Assembly: GCF_009914755.1 (NCBI RefSeq)
Contig: NC_060938.1
DNA: 64,000 bases
DNA from: the human T2T-CHM13v2.0 reference genome, Homo sapiens
Strand: one strand, 5' to 3'
The notes beneath the pieces were generated by a model. That model made no database searches and was not told the DNA's origin. It worked only from the letters and a program-made list of their open reading frames with translations. Positions within the stretch are counted from its first letter, which is position 1. Each line of letters opens with the position of its first letter. Below, piece after piece: positions 1-14,383 of the stretch. A program made the position numbers and the translations under genes.

Positions 1-53
1 TCGTGTGGTAAAGAATTAAGTGAATTGTTAACTAGAAAACTGATTTTATATAA

Positions 54-526
<473 letters not shown>

Positions 527-852
527 TGAAGAACTAAAACCTCTGAAGAAAACCCAGAGGGTTGTGGGAAGAGTGGCATTGATGATTTGGGGACTTAATT
601 TGTTCTGAGTCAGTATAAGTTAAAGGCTTATTGTGTATTATGTTGAGAGTTTTAACTGCTATCCTTGGGGTAAGAACAGAGATGTAGAATTATATCGTGA
701 AAAGAATTTTCTGAAAGAAGGGAGTAGGGACAATCTATATCATGCATTTAAGTCACAAGGATGTCGTGAACATAAAAGATACTCACGAAGGCCGGGCATG
801 GTGGCTCATGCCTGTAATTCCAGCACTTTAGGAGGCCAAGGTGGGCAGATCA

Positions 853-1122
<270 letters not shown>

Positions 1123-2547
1123 TCATGAAAAACTATATGTTCGTTGGAAGAAAGTTGTTTTAATTTAACATGTTGGAATAAGAATTATAAACAAGATACA
1201 TTAATATGTACACTCTGAAGACCATTTTAAATCAAGCCTTTAAATAGCCTAGTTATGGTGTAAGTTCAGTTTAGATGAGACTTCCCACAGGATGACCATG
1301 AACCAATCAGAAATGGATATCAAAATGCTCATTTTATATATTTTTAAAATACATGTACCAGTTGTGAAATTCATCTGATTTAGCTCTTAAATGAAAATGC
1401 TACCCATTATCCATATTGTCCTGGAAGCATCTATCCCATATTTACTATGAATCTGGGGATGTTAGTTGCATCTGCTGTCTTGCTTTTGACCAACTTTTCA
1501 TAGCTTATGGTTATTTTGGTGTGAAATATTGCCTGTTTTACACCACAGTTTTCTTTCAAGTTCATTATTTTCCCCCCACTAATTTTCATAGCCTCCCAGA
1601 GACCTTTCCCCTCACACGAACTACAGAACTCACTTGTTTCAGTCATTTGTACTTTATTGGAGTTATTTATTGTTTAAAAATTATTTTCCTAAAGTAATGC
1701 ATGCACATAGCTTAACAAGTCAAATATACTAAAAAGTTCTAATGACAATCAGAAGTTTCTTTTCTTATCCCTCTTTTTCCTCAGCATTATTACTCAAAGG
1801 CCCCAACTTTTTTAAGCTCTTTCTTCTGTTACTCTAATAGCTTTCTCCAAATTTATCATTTTAAACATCATTGACTTCCACTTCCCACTTCCATATCTAC
1901 ATTTCTTTCCCTAGCTTTTCTATTGCAGTGATATATTTGGCTTATTTACTTAAATTACGACTGTGTAAGTATTGTTGAGCTTTGGCTATGATCATTTATT
2001 TTCTTATATAATTGTAAAGCTTTGTCTAAAATTAATAGTTGTTTCTTTTTCTATAAACTCTTAGGTTTTATGTGTTACTGCTAATTGGCCAAAATGTTCT
2101 AGCTTATCTTTCAAATATTTTGCAGTACTCACACATATAATATAATGTATTAGCTCAAGAGAGAATCGGTGAGTATAAATTAGAGACAGCAAGGTAGCTC
2201 TTTCTAGGCACAGATAAGTGGGATGGTAGCTACAGGGAGACATTAGGCCAAGGTATTTTTTAGAAGATGGACAAAATATCAACATATTTCTCTACTAATG
2301 GGGATAATCTCATAGAAAGGAGGAAATTGGTGCTGTCGAAGAGATTTTGGAATAGGTGAGGGGATGGTGGAGGCATTGGTCTTTGGATAACATGGACAGT
2401 TCTTCCATAGAAATAGGAGGAAAGCAAGCCAGGCGTGGTGGATCACGCCTGTAATCCCTGCACTTCGGGAGGCCGAAGCGAGTGGATCACCTGATATCAG
2501 GAGTTCGAGACCAGCCTGGCCAACATGGTGAAACCTCATCTCTACTA

Positions 2548-2865
<318 letters not shown>

Positions 2866-3638
2866 CTACGATGAGGAGATGTATTAGAGATGTGAGGAGG
2901 TTAAAATAATTGCCAGATAAGCAGGAGAGTGAATGGACTAGAGAAATGTAATAGAATTGCCAGGCAGCCTTAAGGCTTCCCTGAGGTTGGTGACCAAGGA
3001 TTTAAAGTGGGAAGAGTCAGCATGGCGTTGTGCTACTCTCCAGCCACATTCAGTTGCCCAGCTGCAGGCATGGCATTTGCAGAGATTGGGGTTTTGTCAC
3101 ATTAGTATAGTGAAAGGACAAAGGAGCATTGTTATACAACACCCCAGGGAGTGATCACAATGAAATTAGTGATATAATTAGGAACTAAGAACTTGAGGAA
3201 GACTGACCCTATGAAGTTGTGGGGTCAGTGAATTACAGATCCTGGTAAGTTCCAACAGTTATTAGAGTACTAGATTGAGTGAGCAGGAAGGTAGAAGAAG
3301 TTAGTTAAAGAATGGGAAGCTCAAACTTGGATCATGAAAGGTTTTCAGATATTGGGAATGTCAAAGACTGGAGTATAACCATGTAAGTAGCTTAAGTATG
3401 TAATATTTTTTTTCTTTCTGGAAGTTTATCCTTGGTTTTTAGAAATTAGCCATTGAGGTGCCAAGGGTTAGTCTTCATTCATTGTTCTTGGTGCTCATTG
3501 GACCCTTTTAATATAGAGGTTTTTGTCTTTCAGTTCTGGAAAATTGTCTCTTTTTTAACTTAAAAATCTTCATTCTGGAATCCTTAAGCAGAGACTGGAG
3601 TGCTTGAAAAGAGCCTCAAAATCTATCTTCTATCTCTA

Positions 3639-4064
<426 letters not shown>

Positions 4065-4874
4065 TTACTGTCTTTACAGCATCTAGCCCTGGTATTATGA
4101 ATGTTGTTTCTTCTGCTGACTCCCTGAGAATAGTAAAGGCTTTTTTTTTTTTTTTTTTTTTAGCTCTTTTATAAAGTAGATTTTTGTTCCCTGCATTGCT
4201 TCTCTTTTTTTCTGGGGTTCTTTCTTGTTACCACTCTTTCATATAGAGACTTTCTCTGGATGTCTGGTAGCCTCTGGTTGTCTGTACCTAATGTGGAGCC
4301 CTAAGCATCTGATCACAAGCTGTGTTTGTATGAATAGGACATGTTTGACCACAGAGCTTTCCTATTGGGAGTTGTCTGGTGCTTTTATTGAAGACCCCAG
4401 ATATTTGTGTCCTTAGATTTCTGAGAGTATCCAGTTTCTCTAGATAAGAATCTTCTCTTCTGCCTGGGAGGAACTGATGATCCCACCCCTCAGTCACTTA
4501 GTCCTCCCCCGCCTGCCTTTTCATCTGTTGCTTCACTCCTGAAACCACGTTTCTTCATCCTGGGGTGTGTGAAACTTCCTGAGACTTTGCATAAATGCTT
4601 ATGTTTAGTCACGAGTTTGTTGGTGAAGACTATGTTAACAACTTTACAGAAAGTTTGGAGAATAGAGAAGAAAAACCCCACAATCCTAATATTCTGAATA
4701 CCATTTTTGTTTTTGTATATTTTCCATATACATGTTTTTTCAACATATTTTTGATTATAATTTTGTATCTTGTTTTTTCCGCCCTCGGAATTTTATCCAA
4801 AGCAGTTTTCTACGTTGCCACTAATCGTCATAATTGTTCATTTCAGTGGTTGTGTACAATGCCATTGATGAGAA

Positions 4875-5645
4875 CAGCAGTTCTCAAACGTTTCTGTCTC
4901 AGAACTCCTTTAAATTGAAAATTGAGGCTGGGCGCGGTGGCTCACGCCTGTAATCCCAGCACTTTGGGAGGCTGAGGCGGGCGGATCACGAGGTCAGGAG
5001 ATCGAGACCATCCTGGCTAACATGGTGAAACCCCGTCTCTACTAAAAATACGAAAACAAAATTAGCTGGGCGTGGTGGCGGGCGCCTGTAGTCCCAGCTA
5101 CCAGGAGGCTGAGGTGGGAGAATGGCGTGAACCCGGGAGGTGGAGCTTGCAGTGAGCCGAGATTGTACCACTGTACTCCAGCCTGGGTGACAGAGCGAGA
5201 CCCCGTCTCATAAATAAATAAATAAATAGAAAATTGAGAACTCCCCAAAGCTTTTATTTATTAGGGTTATATGTATTGATAGCTGCTGAATTGGAAGTTA
5301 TTACTTAGGAAACTTAAAATATATATTAATTCATCAAAAATAATAATCCTGTTACATGGTAATGTAAATAACATATTTTTATGAAAAACAACTATTTTCC
5401 AAAGCAAATTATTGAAAAGAGTGAATTGTTTAAATTCTTTGCAAACCCCTTTAATATCTGGCTTAATAGAAGTTAGCTGGGTTCCTGTGTCTGCTCTGCA
5501 TTCACACTATTTCAGTATGTTGTTTTGGTTGAAGTGTATAAAGAAATGTAGCTACAAAAGGAAGGGAGCATATTAATACCTTTTCAGGTGATTGTGGATA
5601 TTGTTCTTTGACATTATACCAAAACTCAGCAAGTGGTTTCTTGGG
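4875..5645. mobile_element. hAT-Charlie (Charlie1-like) DNA transposon fragment interrupted by an AluY at 4926-5228
   Basis: Terminal cagcagttctcaaa...tctcagaactccttta and AT-rich Charlie1-like internal sequence. AluY TSD gaaaattgag at 4917-4926 and 5229-5238. Confidence 0.7.
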
Positions 5646-5745
5646 GGTGGGTAGACAGTGATGAATTTTTATTCAAAACAACTGTAGTGACTGACAAAAA
5701 AAGTTAAAACCCAGAATGATTTGCTTCAATTAAAAATTAATTATA

Positions 5746-5920
5746 TCCCAAGAGCAGGGGTCTACCAGGTTGTCTGAGGGGAGGGGTGAACTGGCCCAGA
5801 AACGGAGCAGGTCAAAATTCCTCTGCTGATCAGTGGGATGGGGATTGGGATCAAGATTGCTTCTGTGAATAGCCACTGCCTGGGGAACATAGCGAGATCC
5901 TGTCTCTTAAGAAAAAGAAA
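5746..5920 (+). pseudogene. 5'-truncated 7SL (SRP) RNA retro-pseudogene including the S domain
   Basis: ccaggttgtctgaggggaggggtgaactggcccagaaacggagcaggtcaaaattcctctgctgatcagt...tgtgaatagccactgcc...aacatagcgagatcctgtctct follows the 3' half of 7SL RNA. The S domain is absent from Alu. An A-rich tail follows. Confidence 0.88.
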
Positions 5921-6589
5921 CAGAAACTTTTGGAAACAAGCAGACAAGGGTGAAAGAAAGCCTTGGTGTAAGATATAATTTATATATTCCATATAAGATA
6001 TAGAATACATATGTTATATAACTAAAAAGCATAAAAACAGTCAGCATGCTTTTAGTACAACCTGGAGGTATGGTTAATGTGCAGGAAAAAAGCTCCATAT
6101 AAGCCTAATCCCTATATATAAAAAATCACGGAATTCCACAGTTTTGAACATTTTTTTTTCTTTTTGAGACAGAGTCTTGCTCTGTCGCCCAGTCTGGAGT
6201 GCAGTGGTGCAATCTTGGCTCACTGCAGCTCTCTACCTCCTGGGCCCAAGCAATCCTTCCACCTCAGCCTCCTGAGTAGCTGGGACCAGAGGTGTGTACT
6301 ACCACATCCGGCTGATTTTTTTGTATTTTCTACAGAGACGAAGCATCCCCATGTTGCTCAGGCTGGTCTCGAACTCCTGGGCTAAAGTGATCCTTCTGCC
6401 TGGGCCTCCCAAAGTGCTGGGATTAAAGGGATGAGCCACCACACCTGGCCAACACTTTTTTTGTGTGTGTGGTAAAATACATACAACATAAAAGTTATAA
6501 TTTTAACCATTTTTTAAGTGTGTAGTTCAGTGACATCAACTATATGTACATTATTGGGCAACCATCACCACTATTCATTTCCAGGCAGA

Positions 6590-7298
6590 TAGTTAATACT
6601 CATTTTTTTGTGGTTTCTATATTTGCAAATTTACCTGTTCGAAAAAATTTATTTGTAACACCCAAATCAGTACAGCGCTTTGGTAATCCTTTTCGGACAT
6701 ATGCAGAACGGTGAAAAAATATGCACATCCCTAGTTGAGGTTCAACAAGGGGACACTTTGCTTTCTTTTTTTCAGTCTTTGTGCCGTAAACCAGTGTCTT
6801 TTTTGTGATCTATTTAATGCCTTTTTTTTCATTTTTGTACTTTTTGTTGATGATTTTGCCATTTAAAATGGGCCCCAAGCATAGTGCTGAAGTGCTGTCT
6901 AGTCTTCCTAACGCACCCTTGAGTGAAACTTACCTAACACCTGCATTTTCTTTGTAAGGCACATCATAGCCTTGCCATGGATAAAACTCTGGACAGTTGA
7001 GTTTTTCCTTGCACTGCACATGGCTATGGTGCTTTACAAAGAAGATGCACGTGTTAGAAGTTTCACTCAAGTGTGCGTTACAGTGCTGTGGCTGTGAATT
7101 CAGTGTTAACCAATCATATATAGTAAAGAAGGTGTTCTTAAACAGACACACACATAAAACAAACTTATGTATTAATCTGCTGTTGCAAAATGTTGTGGCC
7201 AGAGGCTTGCAGAAACCTAACCCCCAGAAGCAATGATTTCGTATTCACTAATTCAGTGAGCACAGTAACTGCATAGAATGAACAATGAGAATTGACTG
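6590..7298 (+). mobile_element. MER82 (TcMar-Tigger) with an internal rearrangement
   Basis: aaatgggccccaagcatagtgctgaagtgctgtctagt and ...gagaattgactgta match the recalled MER82 consensus. Confidence 0.75.
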
Positions 7299-8077
7299 TA
7301 GCTCCTTTTTTGAAAGAAGAGGCTTAATTATGGAGCAAGGCATCAGGAAAAATCACAGGCTTTCCTCATTTGTGTGATTTTTTTATTTTGTTCATGTCTT
7401 CAAGAGTGGAGCCCTAAGAAGAAAGCTGAGAGCTCCCAGTAAAGGGGTGATGAGTGCCTGGCTTAGCCTCATAGAGGCCAGAGGAACGTCGGTCTTTACA
7501 CTGGGACATTCCACACACGCAACACAGAGTTATTTTCTATGGACAGTTGAGTTTTTCCTTTTCCAAGCATATTCTAGGGTTGTCTTTCTGTGCCCTGCTA
7601 CATGTTCCACTGTACTGCTGTCAGATTTTTATCTCCCAGAAATTCTTTGAAGTCACTTGTCTTCTGGTGGCAGCCCTTCCCTTCTCTTGGCCATTCTTTG
7701 TCATTTGGTCTTTGTTCTTCAGTGGGCCTATCAGGTGGCAGGACAGAGAAATGCATGTGATCAATATGCCATCTTTAACCAATGTCCTCATTATGGTTAT
7801 GAAAATAACTTTTCATGTAATTATTTTTATTCAAGTTACATATTACACACAGTTTAAAGAGTCAAGACTTGTTAAAAAAGAGTCCCCTAGACTCACTGGT
7901 TTCCTTATCTCCCAGGATGGCCACTTTTAATCTTTTAAAGTGATTCTTTAGTCTTTTAAATGATTCTTTCATACTTTATAACATGCTTGTAGTCTTACTT
8001 GTTTTTCAGGTTTAGGCATTATCTATTGACATTTTATTTAAAGTCATCATTGACTTTAAAAACACAAAAACTCTTTA

Positions 8078-8508
<431 letters not shown>

Positions 8509-8766
8509 CTAGAAGCCTCCCTTTGGCCTCCTTCAAATCCCTTCACTACCCCACCTCCTCAAGTGAACCACTGTGCCACCTTCTAATACCATAGGTTTTG
8601 TCTGTTTGTTGTTTTAACATTGTACTAATAGAATGTTAGAGTATTTTAATAATAGTGTATTATTTTGTGTCTATTTCTTTTACTCTACTTCATGCTTGTG
8701 ATATTCTTCCATGTTGAGGTTTTCATTTGTAACCAACTGTTGTAGTTGTTTGACTTGGCCTCCATT

Positions 8767-9078
8767 TGCTATGGATTGAATCGTATGCCTCAAAATTCAT
8801 ATGTGTAAGCCCTAACCCCCAGTGTGACTGTATTTGGTGATAGGGTCTTTATAGAAGGTTAAGTGAAGTCGTAGTATGAATCCTGATTGATAGGGTTAGT
8901 GTTATTACATGAAGAGACACCAGAACGCTAGCTTTTTCTACCACATGAGAACGCAGGGAGAGGGTGGCCATCTGCAAGCCAGGAAGAAGGTCCCCTCCAG
9001 AACTGTGAGAAAATAAATTACTGTTAAGTCCCCCAGTGTGTGGTATTTTGGTTATGGCAGTCCAAGATGACTAATGCA
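8767..9078 (+). mobile_element. MLT1A-type MaLR solo LTR
   Basis: tgctatggattgaat...cagaactgtgagaaaataaat...gactaatgca with TG...CA ends. Near-TSD ccatt/tcatt. Confidence 0.75.
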
Positions 9079-9118
9079 TCATTCTTCAGGCCACTCTATC
9101 CCCCTAGAGGACTTGCAG

Positions 9119-9152
<34 letters not shown>

Positions 9153-9980
9153 CTCCTCTTTTACTGACTGAGAATGTTGTTAACACTTTCAGAAACAGGG
9201 TGTTAGGATCTTTTGACCGTTGGTGAACCAACAGAAAGTGGAAGATAAGGATTTTTCTCCAGTGGGTGTTTGCTGTGGATTTGTTGGGAGAAGCCCATCT
9301 CATGTATGAGCTGTCCCATCCCTATTTTGTAATATTCCACTTTGCTGCTGGCATCAGAGTGAATGTAAATGGAATTTCCCAGAAATTTCCACAGCAAGTG
9401 GCTTTCTCACTTAGTGAGCCCCCTTGGTGTTTGTTGAGTCTCCCTTTACCCAACCCCACAATCACTGGAATAAAGGGGTGGTCTTCTCTCCAGTCTACAC
9501 CTTTCTGAGGCACTGCAATCGGGGATACCCCAGTTACCACCTCTTTTGGTGACCCCAAGGTTTCAGCTTTGCCTGAGCTCTCCAGGCTCCAGCTCTGGGC
9601 CAAGGTGATTTTGGTGGAGTCATCCCAGCGGGGAGCTAGGAGGAAGAGGGGATTAGGAACTCCCGCTCAGGCTTCCTTGCTGCACGTACGCATGTCACAT
9701 CAAATGATGGTGTTTCACTCTGGGGACATAGTTGCTTTTGATAAAATGACTTTTCTGCAGTTTGGTTAAGCTGAATGAAACATATTTGAGCTCCTATTTT
9801 TGCTTCAGAGGCTATTGAATAGCAGTACCTGAAGATGAAAGTGTATAAGAACAGAATCAGTCCGGGCGCGATGGCTCATGCCTGTAATTCCAGCACTTTG
9901 GGAGGCCGAGGCGGGTGGATCACCTGAGGTCAGGAGTTCAAGACCAGCCTGGCCAACATGGCAAAACCCTGTCTCTACTA

Positions 9981-10202
<222 letters not shown>

Positions 10203-10840
10203 TCATGCCTGTAATCCTAGCACTTCGGGAGGCTGAGGTGGGCAGATCGCTTGAGCCCAGGAGTTTGAGACCGGCCTGGGTAACATAAGGAGACCTCATT
10301 TCTACAAAAAATTAGCTGGACATGGTGGCACGTGCCTATAGTTCCATCTACTCGGGAGGCTGAGGTGGGATGATCACCTGAACCTGCGGAAGTCGAGGCT
10401 GCAATGAACTGTGATCATGTCACTGCACTCCACCCTGGACAACAGAATGAGACCTCGTCTCAAAAAAAAAAACAAAAAACAAAAGAATCTTTAGAATAGG
10501 AGGAGGATATTGAGCAGAACCATAAGAAACTAGTGATTAAGAGTCCAGGTGTGAAAATAGAAACCACGTCTCAGAAGCTCAGAGAGAAGAAGAACTGGAA
10601 AGGCAGCATCTTTGATGGATTTGGCCATGAAGAGGAGGAGGAATAAAGCAGAATGGAGGCCAGAAAAGAGTGTGTATGTCTAACGGTTTCATTGGAATTG
10701 GGAGATCTAGGTATACCATGTAAAATTACTTATGAAGGTAAAGTTTGAAGAAAATTCATTCGACTTTGATTTATATAATTTTTAAAACCTCATTATCTGT
10801 TAAAACACCAGAAGCCCTGTTTTTTGGTTACTGATTATGA

Positions 10841-11158
<318 letters not shown>

Positions 11159-11177
11159 TGAGCCACCACACCTGGCC

Positions 11178-11186
11178 TATTTATTT

Positions 11187-11222
<36 letters not shown>

Positions 11223-11225
11223 TTT
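11178..11225 (+). repeat. (TTTA)n microsatellite derived from an Alu tail
   Basis: Repeated tattt/ttta units between two tandem antisense Alus. Confidence 0.85.
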
Positions 11226-11939
11226 GATGGAGTCTCATTTTCTCGCCCAGGCTGGAGTTCAGTGGCACCATCTTGGCTCACTATAACCTCCGTTTCCAGG
11301 TTTCAAGTGGTTCTCCCGCCTCAGCCTTTCAAGTAGCTGGTGGGATTATAGGCATCCGCCACCAAGCTCAGCTAATTTTTGTATTTTTAGTAGAGACGGG
11401 GTTTCACCATGTTGGCCAGGCTGGTCTCGAACTCCTGACCTCAGGTGATCCACCCACCTCCCAAAGTGCTGGGATTACAGGCATGAGCCACCTCACCCGG
11501 ACAACTCAGTATTTATTGAGTACTCCTTATGTGCCAGTTAGGGCTATAAAGATGAATAAGATGTCTTTTCCCCAGTTGAGATATGCATAAGACAGTTCGT
11601 GTTTGCCTATTTCAGTAGTCAGTATTTTCTTTTGCTTATTCAGTTTCCACTGAAACTTATGTTTTCCAAATACAAAATTAGAATTCCAACTTTGCGTTTT
11701 TCAGGCGCACACACTCGTTTTCCCTCCACTCCTTCCCCAGTTCTGATTTGCTTCCTCCTGAAAATGGGGGTTATAGCCCATCCACTCCAGGGTCAGAATT
11801 GCTGGATACCTTGTTGCAGTGATTTTTTCTGTAGCTCCTCTGGAGGTTATAGACTCATAGGGAATAAATAATGTGGTCAGGTGGAGGCTTTAGACCAAGT
11901 TAAGCAGGGTTTTTAAAACATGGTGTTAATGTACATAAT

Positions 11940-12345
11940 GCAGCCATTCTCAAAAGTATGACATGGGGAGACCCCTGGAGGTTTTCTGAGACCCTTTTAA
12001 GGAGTCTGCCGAGTCAAAACTATTTTTGTGATACTAGTAAAACATTTGCTTTTTTCATTCTGTCTCTCACAAGTGTAGAGTGGAATTTTCCAGAGGTTAC
12101 ATGATGTGTGATATCACAACAGATTGAATGTAGAAGCTTGTATGAAAATTTCATACAAATATATTATTTGTGTTATAATGTGCTTATTGTTATTTTGAAA
12201 TCAATTGTTAAATACTTTTTTTTTTTTTTTACAGTTTCTCAGTTTTTATTTGTATTTTGGTAGATATTCGTTGATACAACCCACATTTGGGGGAATGAGT
12301 AATCTTTAAAAGTGTAAAAGGGACCAAAAAGTGTGAGAATGTTTG
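11940..12345. mobile_element. Internally deleted Charlie1-like hAT element, opposite orientation to the copy at 4875
   Basis: Both termini are recognisable: cagccattctcaaa... and ...aaaagggaccaaaaagtgtgagaatg. Confidence 0.6.
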
Positions 12346-13103
12346 ATGTAGAGAAACTCCAAGCTCATTCCCTGGACTTTGGCTATAGATGCTTTCTTCA
12401 GGGGTGGGTCTTCTGGGCCTGAGTCCTGCAGGATGCCCAGTAGGAAGCACAGCCTCTTTGATCTTATGGGGGTGGGCTCATTTGCTGTTTTGGAGCTCAG
12501 GTGCAAAGCCGAGTTACTTGATATTCCCTGGTCATGGCAAAGCCTCTCTCCACTTTTCTTCCCTTCTATTGTCACTTCCATTCTTTTTCCATAGTCCATA
12601 GAAATCATTTTTACGTGACAGTGATGAGCTGACCAGAAGCTATAGAAGCTATAGTACTTCCTATATCCTAATGGGTTTTAAAAACACTGGCTGGGGCATA
12701 CTCACCCTTTCTGAACAAAGGCTGCTAGGTGACCCTGCTGTTGCCGCTCTGTATATTCACTTGGTTAGCCCACAGATTGGTTTGGACCTAATTCCCTTTC
12801 CTTCTTTAACTGCCCAAAGGGCTTTTCTATTTAAAAAAAAAAAAAATTTTTTTAAAGTTTTCAGATTCAATACCCACCTATTTGTATGCTTACCCATCCC
12901 AGAGTCAGCTAAATTTAAAGTGTCAGTAAATTGTAAAGAAAAGATTTGCTACATTGCATATGTTTTTAGAAGTGCTTTCTGTGTATAATCTCTCTCTCTC
13001 TCTCTTTTTTTCTTGGTTTGGAGGAGACTTTCCCCTTGTCTATAAGTAACTTAAATATAAAATGTTATAACAATACGTTTATTAGTTTGAAGCCCCAATT
13101 TTC

Positions 13104-14144
13104 TTTTTTTTTTTTTCTTTTAAGTGAAAACAAGTTTATAAAAGAAGTAAAGAAACAGGCCAGGCGCTGTGGCTCACACGTGTAATCCTAGCACTTTGGG
13201 AGGCCGAGGCAGGTGGATCACCTGGGGTCAGGAGTTCGAGACCAGCCTGGCCAACATGGTGAAACCCCATCTCTACTAAAAATACAAAATTAGCCAGTCG
13301 TGGTGGTGCGCACCTGTAATCCCAGCTACTCCAGAGGCTGAGGGAGTAGAAACTATGAAAACTTGGGAGATGGAGGTTGCAATGAGCCGAGATCATGTCA
13401 CTGCTCTCCAGCCTAGGCAACAGAGGGAGACTGTTTCAAAAAAAAAAAAAAAAAAAGAAACAAAAGAATGGCTGCTCCATAGACAGAGCAGCAGTATCAG
13501 CTGCTTGACTGAGTCTACTTATAGTTATTTCTTGATTATATGCTAAACAAGGGGTGAATTATTCATGAGCTTTCTGGGAAAAGGGCAGAGATTTCCTGGA
13601 ACTGAAGGTCCCTCCCCTTTTAGGGGACTATTTAGGGTAACTTCCCAAGGTTGCCGTGGCATTTGTAAACTGTCATTGTGGTGGTGGGAGTGTCTTTTAG
13701 CATGCTGATGCATTATAATTAGCTTATAATGAGCAGTGAGGACAACCAGAGGTCACTTTCATCGCCATCTTGGTTTTGGTGGGTTTTGGCCTGCTTCTTT
13801 ACCACATCCTGTTCTATCAGCAGGGTCTCTGTGACCTGTATCTTCTGCCAAGCTCCTCCTATCTCACCCTGTGACTAAGAATGCCTGACTTCCTGGGAAT
13901 GCAGCCCAGTAGGTCTCAGGCTTATTTTACCCAGCCCCTTTTCAAGATGGAGTTGCTCTGGTTCAAACACTTCTGACATATTTCCCCCCTCCCTTTTACA
14001 GGGGGACCCTTAATCCTTAAGAATTGTAGCGGGACAAAGATCATCTGTAACTTCTTCAAGCCAAATAGGGGTGATGATATTCCTGCCTATTAGGGTCTCT
14101 TGTATTTAGGGTAGGGAGAAGTTTAGTTAGAAAGCATTGTTATA
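13104..14144 (-). mobile_element. MER41B-type ERV1 3' end (internal stub + PPT + U3-R + poly(A)), interrupted by an Alu at ~13158-13456
   Basis: Minus strand LTR begins tgtcagaagtgtttgaaccagagcaactccatcttg at 13978, matching the MER41 start. A polypurine tract lies at 13981-13997. The element ends in a poly(A) at 13104-13121 and is flanked by a 15-bp direct repeat. Confidence 0.88.
13572..13601. promoter_or_regulatory. Tandem GAS (STAT1) motifs TTCTGGGAA and TTCCTGGAA inside MER41B
   Basis: Two TTC-N3-GAA matches at 13572-13580 and 13593-13601, at the position of the known MER41B STAT1 sites. Activity is not shown by sequence alone. Confidence 0.6.
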
Positions 14145-14226
14145 GAAGCCCTTATTTTCAGTTACACAATTTTATAAAGTTACAATTGCTTATTGTAACC
14201 AGCTGAGTTTTAGGTTTTGTGGTTTG

Positions 14227-14248
14227 TTGCTTGCTTGCTTGCTTGCTT
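14227..14248 (+). repeat. (TTGC)5 tetranucleotide repeat ~80-100 nt upstream of exon 3
   Basis: ttgcttgcttgcttgcttgctt read directly from the sequence. Confidence 0.9.
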
Positions 14249-14329
14249 CTTAATGCCATATATCTTGGCATTTATCAGTCCATAATTACTAAATTCTTAA
14301 AATCCATAAATATTTATTATTCTTTCTAG

Positions 14330-14383
14330 GTTGCAATAAAAATAATTGACAAAACTCAGTTGAATCCAACAAGTCTACAAAAG
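14330..14383 (+). CDS. MARK3: MARK3 coding exon 3 (54 nt, VAIKIIDKTQLNPTSLQK; contains catalytic Lys85)
   Basis: Boundaries tctttctag|GTTGCA...CAAAAG|gtaaga. Translation matches MARK-family kinase subdomain II. Phase 0/0. Confidence 0.97.

Noticed and set aside
7547-7930. 127-aa hydrophobic ORF in intron 2
   Set aside because: Non-ATG start and low-complexity T-rich composition, with no recognisable homology.
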